NCBI GenBank assembly: GCA_020428645.1
Contig: JAGQMN010000003.1
Coordinates: 1 to 51,073, forward strand
Length of the DNA: 51,073 bases
From: Patescibacteria group bacterium
GTDB taxonomy: Bacteria; Patescibacteriota; Minisyncoccia; Phycocordibacterales; UBA1006
Direction: 5' to 3'
The notes below the pieces were generated by a model. It made no database searches and had not been told where the DNA came from. It saw only the letters and a list, made by a program, of their open reading frames with translations. This document shows, piece by piece, positions 18,693 to 27,781 of this stretch (position 1 is its first letter; the number at the start of each line of letters is the position of its first letter). The translations under genes were made by a program, and so were the position numbers.

Positions 18693-19145
18693 TTATAATT
18701 TTTTATTAAATATTGATACAAAGGCACCAATGTAAATACCGGGATTCCAACTGGTAACGGAAGAACCGAATTCAATGAATGCCGAATTATTCCCGATCGA
18801 GTAAGTTCCTCCAACACCAACGTAGTTAAAATCTTCTATCACACCCTTCAGAGCTACACCATACCAACCAAAGTTATCTTTGATAGGTTCTATGTATACA
18901 ACACCAACACTATTGGCAAAGAGAGAATAAAAACTACTAAAAGTGCTCTTTCCTTTTGAAAAATTTAAGGTTACGAATAGGTTTGTCTGGTTGGTGAAGC
19001 CTTGATCAAAATTTTTTAAGTCAAGACCTCCTTGAGGAGCAAAAATAATTCCGGTACTTACTGACCATTTTTTTAAGCTTTCTTCTTCTTGCGAAAATGA
19101 AACAAAGGTAATCAATAAAATGAGTAGAAAAAATATTTTTTTCAT
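18693..19145 (-). CDS. Secreted hypothetical protein, possibly a small beta-barrel
   Basis: Signal peptide MKKIFFLLILLITFVSFSQ; alternating Gly/aromatic beta-strand pattern; AT-rich; hairpin at about 18652-18690 downstream. Confidence 0.65.
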   Translation of the reverse strand: MKKIFFLLILLITFVSFSQEEESLKKWSVSTGIIFAPQGGLDLKNFDQGFTNQTNLFVTLNFSKGKSTFSSFYSLFANSVGVVYIEPIKDNFGWYGVALKGVIEDFNYVGVGGTYSIGNNSAFIEFGSSVTSWNPGIYIGAFVSIFNKKL

Positions 19146-19251
19146 AACGACGAGGTTTTAAAATGTTTGGAATATATATTATCATATATATAGTTGTATG
19201 TCAAATATTAAAATGGAATTTTGATTTAAATAAAAAACAACCTCTCGGTTG

Positions 19252-20949
19252 TTACATTTGCTCCAAGGCGTCGATGCCTAGTATCCACAATCCATTTTTG
19301 ATCACCTGCCCTGTCGCCTTGGTCAATGCTAACCGATACAGCGTTGCCGGATCATCTTGGTCGACAATTTTCGTGTTACCGTACCAGGTGTTAAACATCT
19401 GCGCGAGTTCCGTGACGTAGGTCACCACCTGGTGTGGAGCAAGGTCACGAAACGCAAGGTCGACAATTTCAGGGAATCGGTAGAGGTAGCGTTCGAGGTC
19501 GGTGACCTGCCACCCATCAGGTTGTTCGAGTTGCGGTTCAAGATCGAGGTGAGACGCCTTATCTAATACTGATTGTGCACGCGCGTAGGTGTACTGGAGG
19601 TACGGACCTGAATCCCCTTCAAACGACAGCGAGGTATCGGGATCGAAATTAATATTTTTACCAGCCTGGGTACGGAGAATGGTGTACTTAATCGCAGCAA
19701 TCGCAATTACATCAGCCTCGTCAGGTGTCAGCGTTCGCCCGTCAGCACGTTCGTTCACTTCCTCGACCACCGCGTCCAAAATATCAGCCACGAGTGGCGT
19801 GTTACCGAGACGTGATGACATCTTTGTTCCCTTGAATTGCATGCGCCCATGGGTCTTGTGCACCATTTTTTCATCCCAGTCAGCATTAATTTTTCCAGCA
19901 GAGGTTTTAACTACCTTGTAGTATTCTTTCTGTTCAGAATCAGTTACCAACACTGATAGGTCAGGTTGGTAACGTTCAAATTTTAGTTTTAAGAGTCCAA
20001 TATCCTTTGCCTCGTAGGTTGGGTTGCCATCTTTGTTGATAAACACGCGGGTGTGGAGTCCGTCTTGTTCTCCCTCGTAGATTACCGCACCATTTGATTC
20101 GGTGTACACGTCAGGTACATGGTTCATGACAATTTCCTTTCCTGCGATTCCTGCCTCTGATTCGAAAATGAGTCCGTCAAACGATGAGCCAAGTCGTGCA
20201 GTCATCTTTAAAAAGTAGTCGAGATTAAGGTCGCGCCCAATTTTATACGCGGCGTAGGCAGGAGTGTCTCGATGTTCGTAGATATCTTGCGTGATTTCTC
20301 GAACTCGAGCTTCAAGTTCAGGGGCAGCATCGTAGGCCTGGGTTCCTTCTGCGTAACACCGCCCAAGGAATGCCATTTTTTCTGCGACAGTTTCAAACTC
20401 GTCGAGTTTTTCAACACCATAGTCCATGAGTTTCCAAACCGCTTTTCCAATACCGAGCGACACATCAGATGGATACGAAACCACGGTGACCTCCGCCCCG
20501 CTGGTGTGTGCTAACCGAGCCATCGATTCACCAATGGTGTTGTTCATCATGTGTCCAATGTGAAATGGTTTAAAGAGGTTTGGTGATGAGTGTTCGACCA
20601 AGATTTTCTTCCCCTGCCATGCAGTATTCCACCCGTAGTTATCTGGGTTCGTAAAAATTTCCTTCACCTGGCTGAGGTAAAATTCATCGGCGAGCGTGAT
20701 GTTGATGAATCCAGGACCAGCGACCTCGATGTTCGCAATTTCTGGTGCGTTGATATTTTTTGCGATGATTTCCGCCAGTTCGAGGGGGTTTTTATTCTCG
20801 GCTTTTGCCAACATCATCGCAATATTGGTAGCGTAGTCACCGTGCGAGAGCTCGCGTGGATGCTCAAGCGTGAGATCACCGTCATAGGAAATTCCGGCCT
20901 TTTCAACTGCGGTTTTGATTGCTTGTGTGATTGTTTCGGTAATCACCAT
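19252..20949 (-). CDS. argS: Arginine--tRNA ligase
   Basis: HGDYATNIAM, AGPGFIN, EHSSPNLFKPFHIGH, KMSSRLGN, FEGDSGPYLQYTYAR. Confidence 0.97.
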   Translation of the reverse strand: MVITETITQAIKTAVEKAGISYDGDLTLEHPRELSHGDYATNIAMMLAKAENKNPLELAEIIAKNINAPEIANIEVAGPGFINITLADEFYLSQVKEIFTNPDNYGWNTAWQGKKILVEHSSPNLFKPFHIGHMMNNTIGESMARLAHTSGAEVTVVSYPSDVSLGIGKAVWKLMDYGVEKLDEFETVAEKMAFLGRCYAEGTQAYDAAPELEARVREITQDIYEHRDTPAYAAYKIGRDLNLDYFLKMTARLGSSFDGLIFESEAGIAGKEIVMNHVPDVYTESNGAVIYEGEQDGLHTRVFINKDGNPTYEAKDIGLLKLKFERYQPDLSVLVTDSEQKEYYKVVKTSAGKINADWDEKMVHKTHGRMQFKGTKMSSRLGNTPLVADILDAVVEEVNERADGRTLTPDEADVIAIAAIKYTILRTQAGKNINFDPDTSLSFEGDSGPYLQYTYARAQSVLDKASHLDLEPQLEQPDGWQVTDLERYLYRFPEIVDLAFRDLAPHQVVTYVTELAQMFNTWYGNTKIVDQDDPATLYRLALTKATGQVIKNGLWILGIDALEQM

Positions 20950-21014
20950 ATGCTTGTATTCTACATGTTTAGAGCAACAAAAAAAGAGTATTATTGAGGC
21001 ATACTCTTTTTTCA

Positions 21015-21155
21015 CTACAACATACCATTGAGTTTTCCTTCATCTCTGAGAAGGGTTTTTATATGTGTAATTACTTTCTTATTATATTTTTTTGCTGATT
21101 TTCTGATTCCTTCAGAATCAACTGGTTTTAAACCTGCAAGGAGTTTATTACCCAT
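21015..21155 (-). CDS. Small hypothetical ORF, 46 aa (MGNKLLAGLKPVDSEGIRKSAKKYNKK...GKLNGML)
   Basis: Manual translation; fills an otherwise empty 280-nt gap between argS and the next gene. Confidence 0.35.
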   Translation of the reverse strand: MGNKLLAGLKPVDSEGIRKSAKKYNKKVITHIKTLLRDEGKLNGML

Positions 21156-21231
21156 AATTTATTTTTTTACGTTACTAAATTAAAGTAAAACAAAAAAATC
21201 ACATTTTGAAAAGAACATAAGCCCTTCTGAC

Positions 21232-21642
21232 CTATGTTGTAAAAATCTGTTTAAAGATATCTTCTATATCCTCCAAGGTCGTATAGTCGAATACCTCAAA
21301 ATAGGCATTACCTCTCACCATAGCTGACAATGTTTTATCAGAACCTGCATTAAACAAACACACCGTGCGTTTTCCCTTGGCTTCTGCAAAAGCTAATTCG
21401 TACCCAACACCAAGGCTTGGTTGGGTTACCTCGGCGATGACGATATCTGATTCAAGCAACCAATTGATGTCTTGGTTGTAAATGAACGCGTCGGTCATTT
21501 CTTCTTCGTGTTGAAATACATTACCAAAACCAATATGCTCGGTGAGTACTTCTCCGTACTCTTTTAACATCGTAATAATTTTTTGCTATTTTTCTTGGTC
21601 TTCGCGCCCTCCCCTAATTGATCCTGCAAAATAAATTTTCAT
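21232..21642 (-). pseudogene. Nucleoside 2-deoxyribosyltransferase / RCL-like 5'-monophosphate N-glycosidase with an in-frame TAG
   Basis: MKIYFAGSIRGGREDQEK*QKIITMLKEYGEVLTEH...SDIVIAEVTQPSLGVGYE. The stop is at 21588-21586 (codon 19) with the frame preserved. Confidence 0.85.
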
Positions 21643-21643
21643 A

Positions 21644-21895
21644 TTATTTTTGTTTTGTTAGCCACCATCGTTTAATAAGGGGTAACGATTGTACCGATAG
21701 AAAGTATCCAAGTGTTGGAATAACAGCATTAATCAATGGGCGTGCAATATCTAGGGCATACATCACAAGTACAGCAAATAAGTAGGTGATTACAACAATG
21801 GAAACATATCTAGTAGTACTTGTCTCCCATGCTTTTTCAAGTTCAACACGCTGATTACGTTGTTGAATATGTATAATTTCTTTTTCTATATCCAT
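21644..21895 (-). CDS. Small hypothetical membrane protein
   Basis: MDIEKEI..RNQRVELEKAWETS followed by two hydrophobic helices. Confidence 0.7.
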   Translation of the reverse strand: MDIEKEIIHIQQRNQRVELEKAWETSTTRYVSIVVITYLFAVLVMYALDIARPLINAVIPTLGYFLSVQSLPLIKRWWLTKQK

Positions 21896-21896
21896 A

Positions 21897-22418
21897 CTAC
21901 TCATTATCAAACACTCTCTTAAACTTCTCAACCTTTGGAGCGATGACAAGCTGACAGTAGGACTGCTCGGGATTATTGGCAAAGTAATCCTGATGGTAGT
22001 CTTCGGCTGGATAAAATTCCTGCAGTGGTACCACCTCGGTTACGATCGGGTTCTCGTATGCACCTGATTCGTTCAGTTGGTCGATGATTTGATTCGCGAG
22101 AATCATGTCGTCCTTATCCTGGTACAAAATGATACTGCGGTATTGGGTACCTACATCAGCACCCTGCTGGTTTAAGGTTGTCGGATCGTGTACCGTGAAA
22201 AAGATTTCGAGAATTTTTTTGAGCGAAACAATGTTTGGGTTATAGGTGAGTTTCACTACCTCGGCGTGACCGGTCCGACCACCACACACCTCGCGGTAGC
22301 TAGGATTTTTATCACCACCTCCAGCGTAGCCAACGACAACGTCAGTGATCCCTTCGGTCATAGTAAATATTGGGTCGAGACACCAAAAGCATCCACCTCC
22401 TAGTACAATAGTTTTCAT
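21897..22418 (-). CDS. msrA: Peptide-methionine (S)-S-oxide reductase
   Basis: GGGCFWC, YREVCGGRTGHAE, QYRSII, AEDYHQDY. Confidence 0.96.
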   Translation of the reverse strand: MKTIVLGGGCFWCLDPIFTMTEGITDVVVGYAGGGDKNPSYREVCGGRTGHAEVVKLTYNPNIVSLKKILEIFFTVHDPTTLNQQGADVGTQYRSIILYQDKDDMILANQIIDQLNESGAYENPIVTEVVPLQEFYPAEDYHQDYFANNPEQSYCQLVIAPKVEKFKRVFDNE

Positions 22419-23101
22419 GCAAGTAATTGATTAACTTCTCCATACACATCAGCGTGTATATCATCAATTGATCGCATAACACCGACGGGTGCGCAATCAA
22501 TTTTTACCCAGTTGTTGGTTTCGGCGATCATCTTTAATCCTGATTGTTTTGCATTCTCGAGGTGATCGGGATCGTCTTCGTGTTGATCACCTTGACCATA
22601 CAAATATTTTTTCGATTCTTTGTTCCCCTTTTGAACGAGGAGTTCCTGTGTCACTGAAACCGGTACATCGAGGTAGATGATGAGATCAGGCCGCGGAATA
22701 TTAAATATGTCGTGTTCCATCCGATCGAGCCATTGCATGAACTCGTGCCGTTTGTTTTCATCTGTGATTTTTCCTCCCTGGTGAATTTGGTTCGATGAGA
22801 CGTACCGATCGAGAATGACTGTGTCACCTGCATCAAGCCATGTGCGTATTTGGTTTGATGATTCAAATCGGTCAGCCGCATACACAACTGATGCAATTTT
22901 TGGGTGAATCTGTGCCCAATTTCCGTAGTCCCCCTTGAGGCATTCACCAATCATCTTTCCAAAGAAATTGTCGTAATACCTTGGAAAATCAAGCGATTGT
23001 ACGGTATGACCTTCAGATTGTAGTCGTTCGGTGAGTCGTGCAACCTGCGTTGCCTTGCCTGAACCGTCCGTTCCATCAATTACAATGAGTTTACCTTTCA
23101 T
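22415..23101 (-). CDS. tmk: Thymidylate kinase
   Basis: IDGTDGSGKATQ, LDFPRY, YAADR, ILDRYVSSN, PRPDLIIYLDVP. Confidence 0.93.
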   Translation of the reverse strand: MKGKLIVIDGTDGSGKATQVARLTERLQSEGHTVQSLDFPRYYDNFFGKMIGECLKGDYGNWAQIHPKIASVVYAADRFESSNQIRTWLDAGDTVILDRYVSSNQIHQGGKITDENKRHEFMQWLDRMEHDIFNIPRPDLIIYLDVPVSVTQELLVQKGNKESKKYLYGQGDQHEDDPDHLENAKQSGLKMIAETNNWVKIDCAPVGVMRSIDDIHADVYGEVNQLLA

Positions 23102-23141
23102 ACAAGAATTATAGCACGCGGGTCGTGATATACTGGAAATC

Positions 23142-23540
23142 ATGACACTATTTGAAAAAATCCACAGATGGAACGAAGAACGAGGATTACCGATCCTGCC
23201 CTTTGACCACAAAAAACAAGTTTCATTCATTATTGAAGAGCTCCTCGAGAGTACGGGAAATTTCGACAGCATTTCGGCACGAGAAAAAGCAGAGGATATT
23301 GCAAGTGAAATAACCAAAGACGCAAATGCGAATCCAGAAACAGTAATTGATGCATTCGGTGATATTATTGTCTTTGCTGTTGGGGTGATGGTAAACCTAG
23401 GCTACGATCCTGATAAGGTAATGGATGAAGTGTTTAAAGAAATTGATTCACGTAAAGGAACCATCATTGACGGTAAATTCGTCAAAGATCCGAATGCCGA
23501 ACGCTACTACGCCGATTTTACTGATTGCACAATTAACTAA
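23142..23540 (+). CDS. All-alpha NTP pyrophosphohydrolase (MazG/dUTPase-like)
   Basis: FIIEELLE...IDAFGDIIVFA...GYDPDKVMDEV..EIDSRKG...GKFVKD. Confidence 0.7.
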   Translation: MTLFEKIHRWNEERGLPILPFDHKKQVSFIIEELLESTGNFDSISAREKAEDIASEITKDANANPETVIDAFGDIIVFAVGVMVNLGYDPDKVMDEVFKEIDSRKGTIIDGKFVKDPNAERYYADFTDCTIN

Positions 23541-23548
23541 CCAAACCT

Positions 23549-24397
23549 ATGCGACAATACCTCGATGTACTCAAAAAAATAATGGATCACGGTACCGACA
23601 TTGAAAGTCGGAACGGTGGTACGAGAAAACTATTCACCGAACAAATGCGTTTTAAGATGTCTGACGGATTTCCAGCAGTGACTACCAAAAAACTCGCTTT
23701 TCGTACTATGGCGGCCGAACTATTTTGGTTTATGTCTGGATACAGTGATAACAATGAATTAAATCGTCTCGGGTGCCACATTTGGGATGGCAACGCTGAG
23801 GCAGATTATTGGAAACCAAAGGCACAGTTTGATGGTGACCTCGGACGTGTGTATGGTGTTCAATGGCGCAACTGGCAAGGTCCAGATGGAAAGATCATTG
23901 ACCAGTTGAAAGATGTCATTGAACGCATGAAAACCAACCCGAATGATCGCAGATTGATTGTTTCTGCCTGGAATCCGGGCGAACTCGACCAGATGGCGTT
24001 GCCACCTTGCCACATGATGTTTCAATTTTTCGTTGCTGATGGGAAATTGTCACTCCACATGTTTCAGCGAAGTTGTGATATGTTCCTCGGAGTTCCGTTC
24101 AATATCGCATCCTATGCACTCATGCTGCACATCGTGGCTCAGATGACCGATTTGGAACCTGATGAATTGATTCTCACGCTCGGCGATGCACACATTTACC
24201 ACGACCACTTTGATGCGGTAAAAGAACAGCTGAAACGTACACCTGATACCCTGCCTACCCTATGGCTCAACCCAAATATCAAAACCTTGGAAGACCTCGA
24301 TACGAAAAAGCTCTCTGAACCAAACGATATCTATACCTTGGCAAAACTTGAGAACTACAATCCCCAAGAAACCATCAAGGCAAAAATGGCTGTATAA
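23549..24397 (+). CDS. thyA: Thymidylate synthase
   Basis: TTKKL, ELFWF, LGRVYGVQWR, MALPPCH, QRSCDMFLGVPFNIASY, DAHIYHDH. Confidence 0.98.
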   Translation: MRQYLDVLKKIMDHGTDIESRNGGTRKLFTEQMRFKMSDGFPAVTTKKLAFRTMAAELFWFMSGYSDNNELNRLGCHIWDGNAEADYWKPKAQFDGDLGRVYGVQWRNWQGPDGKIIDQLKDVIERMKTNPNDRRLIVSAWNPGELDQMALPPCHMMFQFFVADGKLSLHMFQRSCDMFLGVPFNIASYALMLHIVAQMTDLEPDELILTLGDAHIYHDHFDAVKEQLKRTPDTLPTLWLNPNIKTLEDLDTKKLSEPNDIYTLAKLENYNPQETIKAKMAV

Positions 24398-24420
24398 AAA
24401 TAGCCCTAAGTGGGCTATTT
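24397..24420 (+). terminator. Terminator after thyA
   Basis: AAAAATAGCCC-TAAGT-GGGCTATTT. Confidence 0.7.
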
Positions 24421-24831
24421 AAGTTAAAATTATTATTTCTTTTTAAGGAAGAGATGGGATTTTTCCACCTACCATTTGCTCCCAAGTTAACCAAGAGTAT
24501 TTAGGTTCCCCTACAGAAGGGTGCTTAGTTTCGCAAAGATATTCTACAGCATTGCAGTTTGGATCATTACATGATCGGGTAGTATCGGTTGATTTTAGAT
24601 TACCCCAATTATGTTTGTGTTTTTTAATTTTTGTTTTTAGAAATTATTCCAAAAAATTTAAGTATTTTTTTCATAATAATTCATTTTTTTAAACTATAAC
24701 ACACAAAAGTGAAAAAATGAGATGAAATTCGAGGCAGTAAGAAATATTTTTATAAGACGTCCCTAGTGGACGATGTTAAAAATATTTTAAAGCTAACAAA
24801 GAAGTTCGCTCATTTTTTGTTTTTGTAATTT

Positions 24832-25734
24832 TTAGTTTAGGTTTTCTGAACCAACCCACACGAACTCCCACGGTTCAGGATCGGGTCCTTGACTCGTTAC
24901 TCCGTTTGGATAACTTGGGATGAATCCATATTTTTTCGTATTTTCAAAATTGTTGTTACTCATCCATGCATAACAATCGGTATCTGCAAATGAATAGACG
25001 AGGTAATCGTTTCCGCATCCAAAATCAACTGCGTACCCAGAATGGTGTTTTGAATACCCTGGCAGTGCGGAACGTGAGAGTACCTCATCAATCTGAGCGT
25101 CATAGACACCCATAGTCACGAGATCAAGATTTATAGGATCAAGTTTATTTGTAACGATGTAGCGTTGTACCCCTGAGGAACGGTATCCTGAAACAAAGTG
25201 CAGGCGTAGCCCGTCTTTCGACATTGCATTTCTCAGCGATACATAGGCATCACGTACCTCAGGACGCGTCTGCACATTTTCAAACACAACCATATCAACT
25301 TCATCACCAAAACCACGTTGTTGATAGCCACGGGATTCAGCTTTGGTTACCAGATATGTATCAACATCATCACGTTGATAGATGTACGTATTTAAAAATT
25401 CTACATTACTACTCTGTTCAAAATTATTATAGATATCTAAAAACTCAGATCCTGCATAACACGGAAAGTCCCCACACATAACACGTGCAGGTACCTGAGG
25501 GATTGATTCAGGTTCTTCTTCGACAAAGGAAAAAACATCATCAAGTGGTACTGATGTATTTGTATTTGTTAGTGCTGATGCCTGGCTCGCAGATATCGCA
25601 ACATCAGAATAATCAACAATTTCTGATTGAGTGCCTGGTGTGGTATGTAGTCTTGTGGTGTACCAGTAGACTCCACTCACAAGCATCAGTGCTAACAAAA
25701 AAACGAGAAGTATGTTCCCATTTCTGCTGTTCAT
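24832..25734 (-). CDS. M15B (VanY/LdcB-like) D-Ala-D-Ala carboxypeptidase, membrane-anchored
   Basis: N-terminal TM, VSGYRS, SALPGYSKHHSGYAVDF, EPWE. Confidence 0.8.
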   Translation of the reverse strand: MNSRNGNILLVFLLALMLVSGVYWYTTRLHTTPGTQSEIVDYSDVAISASQASALTNTNTSVPLDDVFSFVEEEPESIPQVPARVMCGDFPCYAGSEFLDIYNNFEQSSNVEFLNTYIYQRDDVDTYLVTKAESRGYQQRGFGDEVDMVVFENVQTRPEVRDAYVSLRNAMSKDGLRLHFVSGYRSSGVQRYIVTNKLDPINLDLVTMGVYDAQIDEVLSRSALPGYSKHHSGYAVDFGCGNDYLVYSFADTDCYAWMSNNNFENTKKYGFIPSYPNGVTSQGPDPEPWEFVWVGSENLN

Positions 25735-25748
25735 ACACTAGTAGCGTC

Positions 25749-26948
25749 TTACTTTCTCAGGATTTTGTCAATCCGACGAGCGAGTGCAATCATGTCTTTT
25801 TCTTTTTTTCCACGCGTTGTCTCTGCTGGCGTTCCAAGGCGAAGTCCTGACGGATTAAACGGTGAGCGGGTATCAAACGGGATGGTATTCATATTCACGA
25901 TGATCCCGGCTTGCTCTAGTTTACGTGATGCGTCCTTACCGGTAAGCCCAGTTCCACCATTCCATACATCCATTAAAAACACGTGGTTATCAGTGCCACC
26001 TGAAGTAATACGCCACCCAAGTTTTTTCAGTTCACCTGCGAGTGCCTTGTTGTTCTTTACCACTTGTTCAGCATATTTTTTAAACGCTCTAGAATCGGCC
26101 TCTTTTAATGCCACCGCAAGCGCCGCGATTTGGTTCATGTGAGGTCCTCCCTGCATACCTGGAAACACTGATTTTTGAATTTTTTCAAACAATGTCGGCT
26201 CGCTTTTTTTTGTTTTCACGTGACCATGATCACGCCTGGCAAAAATCATACCTCCGCGAGGACCCCGTAATGTTTTATGTGTAGTGGTTGTTACCACATC
26301 AGCATATTTGAATGGTGTTGGGTGTACACCACTAGCAACCAATCCTGAAATGTGCGCCATATCGACCATCAGATATGCTCCTGCTACATCAGCAACCTCT
26401 CGCATTTTTTTGAAATCTATTTTTCGTGGATACGCAGAATACCCAGCAATGACGAGTGCTGGTTTTTCTTTTTTCGCAATCTTCTTGAGTTCTTCGTAGT
26501 TGATTTTCTCAGTTTTTGGATCAACGGTGTAGGGTACCTGTTTCCAAAACTTTCCTGAAAATGAAACGTTGTGTCCGTGGGTAAGGTGTCCACCATGTGA
26601 CAATACCATTCCCATAATTTTACCCCCTCTTGGTACGAGTGCCTGGTACACAGCAATATTGGCTGGTGAACCTGAGTGTGGTTGTACGTTTACTCCCCAC
26701 ATTTTTGGGTTGAGTTTGAAAAGTTTCAATGCGCGGTCGATGGCAAGGTTTTCAATTTTGTCGATGATCTCATTTCCACCATAGTAGCGGGCTCCTGGGT
26801 AGCCTTCGGCGTATTTATTCGTAGTTTCTGTACCGAGCGCCTCGAGTACGTCTTTTGATACGTAGTTTTCAGATGCAATGAGATTAATAACTGATTTTTG
26901 ACGTTTTTTCTCTGCTGATAATAGGTTTTTTACCTTGGTGTCTTTCAT
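25749..26948 (-). CDS. glyA: Serine hydroxymethyltransferase
   Basis: LIASEN, NKYAEGYPGARYYGG, GGHLTHG, VVTTTTHKTLRGPRGG, SGLRLGTPA. Confidence 0.98.
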   Translation of the reverse strand: MKDTKVKNLLSAEKKRQKSVINLIASENYVSKDVLEALGTETTNKYAEGYPGARYYGGNEIIDKIENLAIDRALKLFKLNPKMWGVNVQPHSGSPANIAVYQALVPRGGKIMGMVLSHGGHLTHGHNVSFSGKFWKQVPYTVDPKTEKINYEELKKIAKKEKPALVIAGYSAYPRKIDFKKMREVADVAGAYLMVDMAHISGLVASGVHPTPFKYADVVTTTTHKTLRGPRGGMIFARRDHGHVKTKKSEPTLFEKIQKSVFPGMQGGPHMNQIAALAVALKEADSRAFKKYAEQVVKNNKALAGELKKLGWRITSGGTDNHVFLMDVWNGGTGLTGKDASRKLEQAGIIVNMNTIPFDTRSPFNPSGLRLGTPAETTRGKKEKDMIALARRIDKILRK

Positions 26949-27060
26949 AGTACCATTAGTATAACAAATCATAATAACAAAAAGACTTGTTAAATTTATT
27001 TTTTGAGATTTAAAATGAGCCAATTTTGCTAAACAAAATTGGCTCATTATTTATATTTAT

Positions 27061-27366
27061 CTAAAAATACTTAGAATATAATTCACCACCTAAATTCAAT
27101 AAAACATAATGTTCATTGAAACCCGTGTTCAAGGCATCTTGAATCTCAGTGGCAATTCTGTTTCCTCCCCTCTCTTCTCTTTCTTTGGTTGCGGAAAGTG
27201 TGATTTCAATATGAAAAGGTGCTTTTGTTTTATCAAACTCGCCTTTCTCATGACAATGAAGTATATAATCGTCTATTCCTAGAACGGATTTAATTACAGA
27301 GTCTAAATTCTTTAAGGTTGTACGAAAACCATCTCTGGTATCATACGTTACATGTACTATGGGCAT
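27061..27366 (-). CDS. Hypothetical protein, possibly tautomerase superfamily
   Basis: Starts Met-Pro-Ile-Val-His (Pro-1); about 100 aa with two apparent beta-alpha-beta units. Confidence 0.45.
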   Translation of the reverse strand: MPIVHVTYDTRDGFRTTLKNLDSVIKSVLGIDDYILHCHEKGEFDKTKAPFHIEITLSATKEREERGGNRIATEIQDALNTGFNEHYVLLNLGGELYSKYF

Positions 27367-27447
27367 GGTATTTTTTTGTTAAATGAAACTTCCTTTGAAT
27401 TTGATTTAACCATATAAAAAATAAAAAGCTAGTATTCTAGCTTTTTA

Positions 27448-27777
27448 TTATTGGTCATCTTTAGTTTTTACACGTATTAAGACCTCCTTCCCTTTTTCGT
27501 TAATAATTTTTTTGTACTTACGTTTTTTGTTAATAGCAATTTTGCGAACAATTTCATCTTCGAGACTAAATCCCATGATTTCACAAATACCCAGTAGAAA
27601 AATGGCAACATCAGCTAACTCTTCAGCAACACCGTCTTGATCCAGGTTATATTTTTTGAACGCCTCAGAGAGCTCTTCGTGCGCTCGACAAAACTCAAGA
27701 GCAATGTCGGTCAGATTAAAACCTTTCTCTACCTTATTTTGGTATACGTCTTTTTGTAACTGTGTTAAATCAATCAT
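27448..27777 (-). CDS. MazG-like nucleotide pyrophosphohydrolase
   Basis: EELSEAF...VAEELADVAIFLLG...LEDEIVRKIAINKKRKY. Confidence 0.85.
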   Translation of the reverse strand: MIDLTQLQKDVYQNKVEKGFNLTDIALEFCRAHEELSEAFKKYNLDQDGVAEELADVAIFLLGICEIMGFSLEDEIVRKIAINKKRKYKKIINEKGKEVLIRVKTKDDQ

Positions 27778-27781
27778 AGTG

